64,000 bases of DNA from Candidatus Bathyarchaeota archaeon (GTDB lineage: Archaea > Thermoproteota > Bathyarchaeia > 40CM-2-53-6 > RBG-13-38-9): positions 896,001-960,000 of the forward strand of contig CAWECG010000003.1 of the NCBI GenBank assembly GCA_963807605.1, given 5' to 3'. The notes beneath the pieces were generated by a model that worked only from the letters and a program-made list of their open reading frames with translations, was not told the origin of the DNA and did no database searches. Made by a program: the position numbers and the translations under genes. This document shows positions 40,694-50,911 of this stretch, in pieces. Numbering within the stretch: position 1 is the stretch's first letter; the number at the start of each line of letters is the position of its first letter.

Positions 40694-43048
40694 TTGACTA
40701 GGAAACAGCTTCATCTGAAACTAGAAGAAGTAAAGACTGATCTCGCTGAAATCAGAGGCTTGGAAATAGCCATCGGCAGCATTATTGAGGAGAAGTGGGC
40801 TGAGCCGATGGGCCCGACCCAATACCCATCTCTGACCACTCTAAGAGAGTGGGACTTGAAACTACTTAAGAAATACAAGCCGATGTATCTTCCGTATTGC
40901 GATTCCTGCTGCCTCTGCACAATGGGCAAATGCGATTTAACCAGAGGCAAGAGAGGCGCATGCGGCTTAGACATGTCAGCGCAACAATCACGCATCGTTT
41001 TACTGGCCTGCACGATAGGCGCCGCAACACATACTGGACATGCAAGGCACCTAGTGGATCATCTCATTGGCAAGTACGGCCAAGGATATCCAATAGACGT
41101 CGGAAGATCAGTTGGCATAGAAGTTGAGGCCCCCATTACCCGGCTAGTGTGCGGAGTCAAACCAAGAACTCTTGGAGACTTGGAAGATGCTTTGGGCTAC
41201 CTTGAGACTCAGGTAACTCACCTTTTGGCGGCTACCCATACGGGACAGGAAGGAAACGAGCTGGATTTTGAGTCAAAGGCATTCCACGCGGGAATGATCG
41301 ATCAGGTTGGAATGGAGATTGCTGACATCGCGCAGACCTCGACTCTCGGCTTTCCAAAGGCTGACCCTGAAGCACCTTTAGCAGAGATAGGTCTTGGAAC
41401 CGTTGATGCGTCTAAACCAGTAATTCTAGTAATTGGACATAACGTTCCACCAGCAGCCGAGATAATCGATTATCTAGACAGAAACGGCCTCTCCAACAAA
41501 GTTGAAGTCACAGGAATATGCTGCACCGCTCTTGACCTTACAAGATACAATCAGAAGGCTAAGATAATAGGACCTATCTCATGGCAACTACGATACATCA
41601 GAAGTGGGATTCCAGATACCATAGTTGTCGATGAGCAATGCATCAGAGCCGATGTACTGATAGAAGCCCAGAAACTCAATATTCCAGTAATAGCTTCCTC
41701 CGAAAAGAATTGCCTCGGATTAAAGGACAGGACTCTAGATCCAGCTGATGAGATAACAACCGATCTCACAAGCGGGAGGGCCCAAGGCGCATTTATTCTT
41801 GCCCCGGGGAAAGTTGGTGAAGTTGCTGCCAGGACCGCTATTGGGGTAGCTCCTAAACGTTTGAAGTTCAAAACCATCCCAGACATGGCTGACATCATTA
41901 AGGGAGCAAAGAGGTGCGCTCAATGTAATGATTGCAGAAGGGCTTGCCCCAACGACTTGCCAATCCCAGAGGCTCTCAGTGAGGCAGCTTCAGGAAACAT
42001 GAGTAGACTATCAGATCTGTACGATGTTTGCATCGGCTGTGGTAGATGCGAAAGTGCTTGTCCAAATAGTATTCACATACATACTTTCATAGCTAGGTCG
42101 GCTGAGAAGGAGATCAAAGAGGAGAAGTCTAAGATCAGGGTTGGTAGGGGCGCCATACAAGATGTGGAGATAAGAAATGTCGGCGCACCTATCGTCCTAG
42201 GCGAGATACCAGGTGTGATAGCACTAGTTGGATGTGCAAACTATCCCAATGGTGGAAGAGAAGTAGCAGAAATAGCAAGCGAGTTCATCAAGCGCCGGTA
42301 TATCGTTGTATCTTCTGGATGCTCAGCCATGTCTATAGCGATGGAAAAGGATGAGGAAGGTAAGTCATTGTACGAAACGTATCCGGGCACGTTTGAAGCC
42401 GGAGGTCTGCTCAATGTGGGTTCATGTGTTGCCAATGCTCATATCGCTGGAGCAGCCGTCAAGATAGCGAACATATTTGCAAAACGTAGCTTGAGAGCCA
42501 ACTATGAGGAGATCGCGGACTATATTCACAATCGTGTAGGTGCCGTGGGCTTGGCTTGGGGTGCTATAACACAGAAAGCAGCTTCAATAGCAAGCGGTTT
42601 CTTGCGACTGGGAGTTCCAGTTGTTGTAGGACCTCACGGATCCAAGTATAGACGTGTGCTTCTGGGAAGACGAGACCGCGAAGAGGATTGGTACGTTTAT
42701 GATGCCCGTACTGGGGGTCAAGTCTACGCTGGCCCCACGCCTGAACATCTCTTCTACGTAGCCGAGACAAAGGAGGAGGCTATAGTAACGATGGCTAAAC
42801 TATGCCTGAGGCCTAACGATACCAGCAAGGGGCGGATGATAAAACTCACAAACTACATAGATCTGCATAAGAAACTTTACGGCATCATACCTGACGATCT
42901 TCACCAACTTGTACGGAGAGAGACTGACATCCCAATAACAATGAAGGACGAGATCATTAAGATCTTGGAGAAGGGCGGATGGAAAGAACAGACGATTCCA
43001 GACCCAACTCTGCTCCCAAGAATGATTAGTACGAGGAAAGCAAGATGA
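40694..43048 (+). CDS. cdhA: CO dehydrogenase/acetyl-CoA synthase complex subunit alpha
   Basis: CDSCCLCTMGKC, HTGHARH, IGHNV, GICCT, DEQC, two 4Fe-4S motifs, VGCANY, GSCVANAH. Confidence 0.96.
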   Translation: MTRKQLHLKLEEVKTDLAEIRGLEIAIGSIIEEKWAEPMGPTQYPSLTTLREWDLKLLKKYKPMYLPYCDSCCLCTMGKCDLTRGKRGACGLDMSAQQSRIVLLACTIGAATHTGHARHLVDHLIGKYGQGYPIDVGRSVGIEVEAPITRLVCGVKPRTLGDLEDALGYLETQVTHLLAATHTGQEGNELDFESKAFHAGMIDQVGMEIADIAQTSTLGFPKADPEAPLAEIGLGTVDASKPVILVIGHNVPPAAEIIDYLDRNGLSNKVEVTGICCTALDLTRYNQKAKIIGPISWQLRYIRSGIPDTIVVDEQCIRADVLIEAQKLNIPVIASSEKNCLGLKDRTLDPADEITTDLTSGRAQGAFILAPGKVGEVAARTAIGVAPKRLKFKTIPDMADIIKGAKRCAQCNDCRRACPNDLPIPEALSEAASGNMSRLSDLYDVCIGCGRCESACPNSIHIHTFIARSAEKEIKEEKSKIRVGRGAIQDVEIRNVGAPIVLGEIPGVIALVGCANYPNGGREVAEIASEFIKRRYIVVSSGCSAMSIAMEKDEEGKSLYETYPGTFEAGGLLNVGSCVANAHIAGAAVKIANIFAKRSLRANYEEIADYIHNRVGAVGLAWGAITQKAASIASGFLRLGVPVVVGPHGSKYRRVLLGRRDREEDWYVYDARTGGQVYAGPTPEHLFYVAETKEEAIVTMAKLCLRPNDTSKGRMIKLTNYIDLHKKLYGIIPDDLHQLVRRETDIPITMKDEIIKILEKGGWKEQTIPDPTLLPRMISTRKAR

Positions 43049-43587
43049 TAAGGGCTGAGCCTTGGCAGACAGCCGAGATTGCTGGCTCGATGAGAGCTCT
43101 CCCCATCACCAATCCTGAAGTTGTCGTTACCGCCGTTAAACGGTCCAAGCGCCCCGTACTGGTCGTCGGGCATGAAGCCGTCGAAGAGGACCTGACAGAC
43201 GGAAAGCCTATCGACTATGCGATTCAGATGGCTGAATTGGCGGAAGTCCCAATTGTAGCAACAGCACATATTATCGGTGAATTTTCAAAGCGGGGATTTC
43301 AGAAAGCATCTTGGATGCCTGTTGTGGACATTGCGAACAGACTAAAGGATCCCGAATGGAGAGGTCTTGATGGTCAAGGTCGATATGACCTTGCGTTATT
43401 CATGGGTCTGCAGTATTACTTAGAGTGGGTTGTACTTTCAGGGCTTAAGCACTTCGCACCTCACGTGAAGACTATATCACTGGACAGATATCACCAACCA
43501 CATGCCAATTGGTCGTTTTCAAATATGACGGTTGAAGATTGGGAACGGCAACTCAAGGCCATTGTGGTTCAACTGAAAGAGCAATGA
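43045..43587 (+). CDS. cdhB: CO dehydrogenase/acetyl-CoA synthase complex subunit epsilon
   Basis: PWQTAEI, KRPVLVVG, L.DP.W.GLDG.G.YDL, P.ANWSF.N; overlaps the cdhA stop. Confidence 0.93.
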   Translation: MIRAEPWQTAEIAGSMRALPITNPEVVVTAVKRSKRPVLVVGHEAVEEDLTDGKPIDYAIQMAELAEVPIVATAHIIGEFSKRGFQKASWMPVVDIANRLKDPEWRGLDGQGRYDLALFMGLQYYLEWVVLSGLKHFAPHVKTISLDRYHQPHANWSFSNMTVEDWERQLKAIVVQLKEQ

Positions 43588-43710
43588 AACCTTGAGCTTT
43601 ATTGGGGAGCTTTTCGGAAGTCTTATCTAAATCGGCTTAAGCATACGAGGATATGGCGGGTGGGTTTCCGACCCGTTCCGCCCAATAAATCCCGGAGTCG
43701 GACATGTAGT

Positions 43711-44241
43711 TTGAATCCCAGAATTGTAAAAGAGATTACAGCGACTGCTATTTTCGCGGCATTATATGCTACAGCAGTCGTTGCACTGATGCCTATCAGT
43801 TTCAGCATCTTTCAAATCAGAGTTGCTGACGCCCTACTGCCCTTGGCGATTATGTTCGGCTGGCCTACCATTGCAGGAGTGACCTTAGGAACTATTATTG
43901 CCAACTTTTTTGGAGGTTTAGGAATGATTGATGTTTTGGGAGGATCCGCGGCCAATTTTGCTGCAACATTGCTTGCTTGGCGTATAGGGCGCATGAAGGT
44001 TAAGGGTAGCTGGGTCTACGCCATCACTATGGAGGTAGTGACTGTGACCCTGATAGTGGGTACGTATTTGAGCTATTTGCTCAACCTTCCACTTGCAATC
44101 GGGTTCTCAGGGATCTTGCTGGGCAGCGTGGTTACGATAGGTGTCTTAGGATACATACTTTTGAAAACGATCTCAAGACCATCTCTGGCGGGGGTTTTGA
44201 GGTCATATGGACTAAAGCTTTATTTGAAAAGACAAGTTTGA
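43711..44241 (+). CDS. queT: QueT-family transporter
   Basis: AIFAALYA, PISF..FQIRVADAL, GVTLG..IAN..G..G.ID...G; likely TTG start at 43711. Confidence 0.85.
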   Translation: MNPRIVKEITATAIFAALYATAVVALMPISFSIFQIRVADALLPLAIMFGWPTIAGVTLGTIIANFFGGLGMIDVLGGSAANFAATLLAWRIGRMKVKGSWVYAITMEVVTVTLIVGTYLSYLLNLPLAIGFSGILLGSVVTIGVLGYILLKTISRPSLAGVLRSYGLKLYLKRQV

Positions 44242-44274
44242 GAAAAATTCTTTTCTAAAAAGATGAAGTCTGTT

Positions 44275-45285
44275 TTATTCTGCATTAGGAGCACTTGACT
44301 TTCTAAGAGCGTCAACTGCTTTCAGAGCCCAGTCTGGATCCGCGACTAGGGCACGGCCTACTCCAACCAAATCTGCAGTCCCCCTCCTCAAAATTGTATC
44401 TGCAAATTGCGGCGTTCTTATTCCTCCCGTAGTGATAACCGGAACTCCCACAACTTGCTTAATGTGTGCTGCGAGATGTGCGAAATATCCTTCACCAGAA
44501 AGATTCGGAGGTCTAGATCCGCAGAGGCCGCCGGAAACATCGATTACTGATATTCCCAGACTGACGAGTGATTGGGCGATCTTCCGTGCCTCCTCTATCG
44601 TAAGGCCGCCAGGCTTCATGTCGTCTGCGCCCAAACGGTAGAGTATAGGAATATCCTTCCCGGCAGTTTTTAGAACTTCGGATGCAACTTCAAGTGAGAA
44701 TCGCATTCTATTCTTGACAGGACCTCCATACTTGTCAGTGCGTGTGTTTGTGATAGGGGAACAAAACTGGTTCAGAAGAAAGCCGTGGGCACCGTGGATC
44801 TCAACTGCGTCGAAACCTGCCTTGACGGCACGGCTTGAGGCAAGACCGAATTTCTTGACTATAGACTCGATCTCATCGACAGCCAGCTCACGAGGGACTT
44901 CCTTGCTTTCTGGGTCTGGGACTGGCGAGGGCGCCACTGGCTGGGTTCGACATATTCTAGAATTTGCCTTTCTACCAGCATGGTTGATCTGGATCGCAAC
45001 TGCTGTTTCTTCATCATGTACTGCCTTAACCAACTTTGACAAACCAGTGATCAGTCTATCGCTGTATATTCCAAGTTGCCTCTCTGAAAGTCTACCAATC
45101 GGATCTATGTAGCTATGCTCAACAATTACTAGACCTACGGATCTGCACCGGGCCTTGTAGTGAGCAACTAAAGCTTCAGTAACGTCGCCGGATTCTGTGG
45201 CAAGTTCTGTGGCCATCGGTGGCATAACAATTCGATTCTTAATACGGAGTTTCTGTATCGTAATGGAATCAAGAAGCGAAGCCAA
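44275..45285 (-). CDS. NADH:flavin oxidoreductase (Old Yellow Enzyme family)
   Basis: KNRIVMPPM, QINHAGR, AGFDAVEIHGAHGFLLNQF.SP..N.RTD.YGG, GRALVADP. Confidence 0.92.
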   Translation of the reverse strand: MASLLDSITIQKLRIKNRIVMPPMATELATESGDVTEALVAHYKARCRSVGLVIVEHSYIDPIGRLSERQLGIYSDRLITGLSKLVKAVHDEETAVAIQINHAGRKANSRICRTQPVAPSPVPDPESKEVPRELAVDEIESIVKKFGLASSRAVKAGFDAVEIHGAHGFLLNQFCSPITNTRTDKYGGPVKNRMRFSLEVASEVLKTAGKDIPILYRLGADDMKPGGLTIEEARKIAQSLVSLGISVIDVSGGLCGSRPPNLSGEGYFAHLAAHIKQVVGVPVITTGGIRTPQFADTILRRGTADLVGVGRALVADPDWALKAVDALRKSSAPNAE

Positions 45286-45498
45286 TATTTTTCACGCAAA
45301 TCAGTTGATCAAACTGCAGATAAAAATCTCTTGGTAAGCAGGCTCATGACTGCTCAGCAGGCGATACTCAACGGAAAAAGACTGTTAGTTGATATCCTCC
45401 CAGCTCTATTTCACTAAGAGTAACTGTTGGAAGGCCAGTAGTCCACTCGATATATTAAGCTAAATTATGGAACGTAGTTTACCCTTTCGGGATACAGT

Positions 45499-46281
45499 AT
45501 GTCAAGCCAGACCACACAACGTTTTGTAACACTCGCAATAATTGTTACTCTTACCCTCTCAGTATGGTCAGGATACCTGTACTCTGAGACATACAGGCTA
45601 TCGCAAGATTCGAACCTGCGACTCGTCCAAGTAGAACAAGATCTTGGGGAGATGCATGTATTAGCCAATGAGGCAACCTCAAAATTGGACACAGCAAATA
45701 GGATAATCGCGGAAGCAAACATGAAATTTGACGAAGCAAACAAGACCTTAAGAGAAGCTGGGACTCTACTAACGGACATCAATAATCATGCGATAGTCAA
45801 CATCACTTCAATTTCAGTTGACCAGGAGCCACAGGTTACCTACCTTAACGGTGAAGCACTGTTAATGACGAGGCTCAGAATTAATGTGTCATCGCCCTCC
45901 AGATTTCCAGTGTATTACGAGTCCAATATCGCAGACCCCAAAGAATCAACGATCAACATAAGTCGCGGAGCATACAACTTCGAAGAGCTTACAGAAGTAA
46001 CAAATGCTCAAACAAGAACAGAATCACCGCTTTGGAACGAGAAACCCCAGACCCTAGGGACAGATACCCCGGAAGTATTCCTCTGGATTGCCTTGAGAGG
46101 CTTCGCATTTCAGAGGCAGGGAATAATCCTGACTGAGCCTAAAGAGAATGCAACAGTCACAATTGGTCTGAAGATTCAGATTCTTCAAGCACACACGGGA
46201 CTCGTCATGGATCAGACTTTAGTTCAGCTAGACTTCGAACTTGGTCCCCAAGGACAGGAAGCTGTCAGAATAGTCAAGTGA
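45499..46281 (+). CDS. Membrane-anchored hypothetical protein with a coiled-coil stalk
   Basis: N-terminal TM, heptads (ANEATSKLDTANRIIAEANMKFDEANKTL), then a beta-rich domain. Confidence 0.65.
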   Translation: MSSQTTQRFVTLAIIVTLTLSVWSGYLYSETYRLSQDSNLRLVQVEQDLGEMHVLANEATSKLDTANRIIAEANMKFDEANKTLREAGTLLTDINNHAIVNITSISVDQEPQVTYLNGEALLMTRLRINVSSPSRFPVYYESNIADPKESTINISRGAYNFEELTEVTNAQTRTESPLWNEKPQTLGTDTPEVFLWIALRGFAFQRQGIILTEPKENATVTIGLKIQILQAHTGLVMDQTLVQLDFELGPQGQEAVRIVK

Positions 46282-46300
46282 GAGTTACGCACGCGTCTAC

Positions 46301-46621
46301 TCTTTCCACATTGCTTACCGTAAGGAGTTCTGGCAACACAAACAGTCTAGACCTCAACATATTAGGCACATCAGAATACAGGGAGATAGGAATAACAACA
46401 AGATGGAACGATTCAACGGTGAGGTCAGAGACCGAGAGAAGGTTATGAGAGGACTAAAGACAGAGAAAACACCAATCATTTCAGGCTACCAGATATTCCA
46501 CAATTATATACGACCTCATGAAGCACTTGAGGGCAAAACCCCTGCTGAAGCTTGTGGAATTAAGGTCGAAGGAAAGAACAAGTGGCTAACAATCATAGAG
46601 AATGCTAGTAGAAGGAATTAG
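46301..46621 (+). mobile_element. C-terminal remnant of an archaeal DDE (IS6-like) transposase/integrase
   Basis: Frame reads FHIAYRKEFW...HIRHIRIQGDRNNNKMERFNGEVRDREKVMRGLK...FHNYIRPHEALEGKTPAEACGI; N-terminal catalytic part is absent. Confidence 0.8.
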
Positions 46622-46629
46622 AATAACGG

Positions 46630-47100
46630 TTATTGTTTTAGTCTGTCTTCCACGACTTTACCTGTTCTAGCATCAATAATTATTAGACGCCATTGAGGAA
46701 GTTTGAATGCCGTAGAAACTGTCGGAATATGCCATTCGCCATTTACTAATTCTTCCTTCTGCACATCTTGCATCGTGTCAATTTCAGCCTTTTCTACTCC
46801 GCGTTTACTTGCTAGATACTTCAATGCAATCGCTCTAGCGTCTTCACGGCTTATCCTAATTCGATCTTTGTTCCAGAGATGAACCATTCCACCTAAGCAA
46901 ACAACCAAGACGCCTAACTCAATGCTAGTTACGTTTGTGCCACCAATAATGGAATCTAGCCTGCTTTGGGACAAGACACCTTCAACCAACGCCACAACGC
47001 TACTTATGGCGACAATCTTAGTCCATATTCCCGTCAAGAAAAGCGACCAAAAACTACAGTAGAGGACTAGCATAAAAAGCATGATTGAGTTGTCTATCAA
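46630..47100 (-). CDS. Membrane protein with a PepSY-like C-terminus
   Basis: Three hydrophobic segments, ISREDARAIA...IIIDARTGKVV; abuts the transposase relic. Confidence 0.55.
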   Translation of the reverse strand: MIDNSIMLFMLVLYCSFWSLFLTGIWTKIVAISSVVALVEGVLSQSRLDSIIGGTNVTSIELGVLVVCLGGMVHLWNKDRIRISREDARAIALKYLASKRGVEKAEIDTMQDVQKEELVNGEWHIPTVSTAFKLPQWRLIIIDARTGKVVEDRLKQ

Positions 47101-47283
47101 CAGAAATTCAGCCCCTTATCCGACGAAATTTTACAACCCCAACGATCAGACGAAGACTTGACAGAACCCAGCGCGCACAATATTTATTAGAATGACTTGG
47201 TCTGCTAATAGCAAGCTCCATATCAGGGTCCTCCACAGCTCATGGTGAGGAGCTTTTTCTCCGCGGAGGAGCGGTTGCTCCGA

Positions 47284-47538
47284 TTGAGTAAGGAAATTAA
47301 AAAGAAAGACTTCATCCTAGAACACGAGCTTGTTCCAAAGCATTCAATATTGCCAAAGAAGGAGATAACAGAACTCCTCGAAAAATACCGGATCAAGCCC
47401 TACCAGCTTCCATCCATACGCGCCTCAGATCCAGCTGTATTAGCCATCGAAGCGAAGCCGGGGGACATACTGAAGATAGTTAGGAAAAGCTCAACCGCCG
47501 GAGAGATAGTCGTTTACCGTTACGTAGTTGAAGATTAA
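47284..47538 (+). CDS. rpoH: RNA polymerase subunit H (Rpo5)
   Basis: [27 protein letters not shown]...YRYV. Confidence 0.96.
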   Translation: MSKEIKKKDFILEHELVPKHSILPKKEITELLEKYRIKPYQLPSIRASDPAVLAIEAKPGDILKIVRKSSTAGEIVVYRYVVED

Positions 47539-47554
47539 GAATAGGATGGAATAA

Positions 47555-50500
47555 TTGTTGACATCTGAGTCTGAATATTATCTTTGGAATTTAATGAAGA
47601 GCTTCATCAAGGAGACAGGTCTCGTAAGGCAACATATAGACTCCTACAACGAATACATCGAGTCTGGCCTCCAGTCCATAATAGATGAAGTCAGCGAAAT
47701 CCCCATAGAGGTTGAGGAGAACCCCTTCACTATCAAGCTCGGCAAGATCGAGATCGGAACTCCCAGAGTCATGGAGGTTGACGGCTCAGAAAGAAGAGTC
47801 TATCCAGCAGAGGCAAGAATAAGAAACCTGACGTATGCGGCACCTTTGCATCTCGAGATGACTCCAGTCGTAGGGGAGAAAGAAGGTTCTACAGAGCTCG
47901 TTTACATAGGCGACCTGCCGGTAATGCTCAAGTCCGCAATCTGCCCACTCTCAAGATTGACACCTGAAGAGCTTATTGCGATTAGTGAAGACAAACTCGA
48001 CCCCGGCGGATACTTCACAATCAACGGGTCTGAGCGGGTTGTCGTCGCTCTTGAAGACTTGGCTCCAAACCGTGTTCTGGTAGATGTTGAGAAGGTAGGC
48101 TTGAATCCTAACTATAAGGCCAAGATCTTCTCAACGACGGTTGGGTTTAGGGCACGAATAGAGGTCACTATGAAAACCGACGGCGTCATCTACGTCTCCA
48201 TGCCTGGGATGCCAGCAGATATCCCCTTCGTCGTAATTATGAAGGCTCTCGGAATTGAGGCCGACGTAAAAATAGCTGAGCTGGTCTCCGTCGATGATGA
48301 GATTCAAAACGAACTTGAGGACTCATTCGAGAAGGCTCTTGACGTAACATCTAGTCAAGATGCGTTCCTATTTATAGGAAACAGACTTGCCCCCGGACAG
48401 ATAGCCGAATACAGGCTAAAGAAAGCCGAAGCAGTCATTGATAGGAACTTTCTCCCACACTTAGGAAGATTGCCAGCTGATAGAGACCAGAAAGCCTACT
48501 TCCTAGCCGAGATTGTAAACAGAATAGTAGAGCTGAAACTTGGAAGGCGACAACCTGACGATAAAGATCACTACGCAAACAAGAGACTGAAACTTGCAGG
48601 ACCATTGCTGGCAGAGCTATTCAGAATAACCTTCAGGAACCTGACCCGAGACCTCAAGTACCAACTTGAAAGGATAACAATCAGAAGACCGGCGGAACTC
48701 TCCATAGCCAACGCTGTCAGACCCGGAATAATTACCGAGAGAATACAGCATGCCATGGCAACCGGAAACTGGGTCAGAGGACGAATAGGCGTAACACAGC
48801 TACTTGACAGAACAAACTTCCCATCAACCTTGAGTCACCTGAGAAGACTTCAGTCTCCCCTAAGCAGAAGTCAACCGAACCTTGAGGCAAGAGACCTTCA
48901 CCCCACCCATTGGGGAAGACTCTGCCCCAACGAAACCCCTGAAGGATCCAATTGTGGCTTAGTCAAGAATCTGGCACTCTCAGCAATAATCTCTATCGGA
49001 ACAGACCCAAGAGCGGTAGTATCAGCACTCACAAACTTGGACCTCGTGACCTTTGAGAACGCTGATAAGAAGGTGAGGAAGAGTGGTGCCAAGGTTGTCG
49101 TCGACGGAATAATCGCAGGATACGTTACAAATCCCACAGCTTTTGTTGATAATATTCGGAGTATGAGGAGAAAGGGTGAGCTCAGTTCAGAGATAAACGT
49201 ATCCTACATACCGCCCAAGCATGAGAAGGCCAACGGCGAAGTATACGTAAATTGTGACTCGGGAAGAGTCCGCAGACCTCTCCTAACAGTCCATAACGGA
49301 AAGTCAAAGCTCACGCCCGAGATTGCTCAGAAGACGATTAGAGGAGAGACAGGATGGCCAGATCTCATCAAGGAAGGAATAGTTGAGTATCTTGATGCTG
49401 ACGAGGAAGAGGATGCGCTAATAGCTCTAAACGAATCCAAGATCAATGGCGCCACAACTCATCTTGAGATTGCCCCCTATACAATCATGGGCATCTGCTC
49501 CTCCCTTATACCCTACGCTGAACATAACCAGTCACCTAGGAACGCATACGAGTCAGCAATGGCAAAACAAGCTCTAGGAGTCTTCGCGACAAACTACGCC
49601 AACAGGGTAGATTCAAGATCCCACATACTGCACTACCCACAGGTTCCCTTGGTCAAAACCAAACCTATGGAAAGCGTAAACTTCGACGAGCGCCCCTCAG
49701 GCCAGAACTGTGTTGTGGCAGTCCTATCACTCGAAGGTTACAATATGGAAGACGCCATCATCTTGAACCGATGCTCAGTCGACCTCGGACTGTTGAGATC
49801 AACCTTCTTCAGGATCTACGAGGCCGACAGCCGGCAGTACCTAGGAGGCTTGAGGGACCGATTCGAGATCCCTGAAGCTGGAACCAGAGGATACAGAGGT
49901 GACCGGTACTACAGACTTCTTGAAGAGGATGGGATAATCTCCGTGGAAGCCCCAGTCTCAGGAAACATGGTTTTGATCGGCAGAGTCAGCCCACCTAGAT
50001 TCCTTGAGGAATACCGAGACTTCGAAGTCAGAGGACCGACTAAGAGAGACTCCTCTATCTGTATGCGACCCTCAGAATCAGGAATAGTAGATCAAGTCTT
50101 TATGACAGAATCGATCGAAGGTAACAAACTCGTAAAGGTAAAAGTCAGAAATCAAAGAGTTCCTGAATTAGGCGACAAGTTTGCATCCCGACACGGTCAG
50201 AAGGGAGTCATAGGACTACTCGTCCCGAAGGAAGATATGCCATTCTCTGAGAGTGGGATCGTACCAGATATTGTCATAAATCCACATGCAATACCGTCTA
50301 GAATGACAGTTGGCCAATTCGTTGAATCCATAGCTGGAAAAGTAGCCGCAATGATGGGAGTTCCCATAGATGGTACACCCTTCAGCAACGATGAGCCCTC
50401 AACCCTCCAAGAGAATCTCCTGAAGCTCGGCTTGGACTACAATGGCCGAGAGGTATTCTACAACGGAATGAGCGGGAAGAAACTCGAAGCGGATGTTTTC

Positions 50501-50909
50501 ACTGGTGTCGTCTACTATCAGAAACTCCACCACATGGTAGCCGATAAGATGCACGCAAGAGCGCGTGGCCAAGTACAGATGTTAACTAGGCAACCCACCG
50601 AGGGCAGGGCCAGAGGTGGCGGTCTGAGGTTCGGTGAGATGGAGAGAGACTGTCTCATCGGCCATGGCGCATCTGCGCTTCTAAGGGATAGGTTGCTTGA
50701 GGAGTCTGACCGCTACACAGCAATGGTATGTGAGAAGTGCGGATTGATGGCATACTACGACTCACGACAGAACAAATACATCTGTAGGGTCTGCGGTGAA
50801 AAGACTTCAATCGCACCTGTATCGATTCTCATACGCCTTCAAGCTCCTGATACAGGAGCTGATGTCTTTGGGAGTTGCGCCCAGAATTCTCGTTGAGGAG
50901 CGTGCGTAA
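47555..50909 (+). CDS. rpoB: RNA polymerase subunit B (Rpo2, unsplit); +1 frameshift at about 50826
   Basis: GGYFTINGSER, ETPEG.NCGL, GDKFASRHGQKG, GGLRFGEMERD; conserved tail SYAFKLLIQELMSLGVAP lies in the shifted frame, ending at TAA 50909. Confidence 0.96.
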
Positions 50910-50911
50910 GG

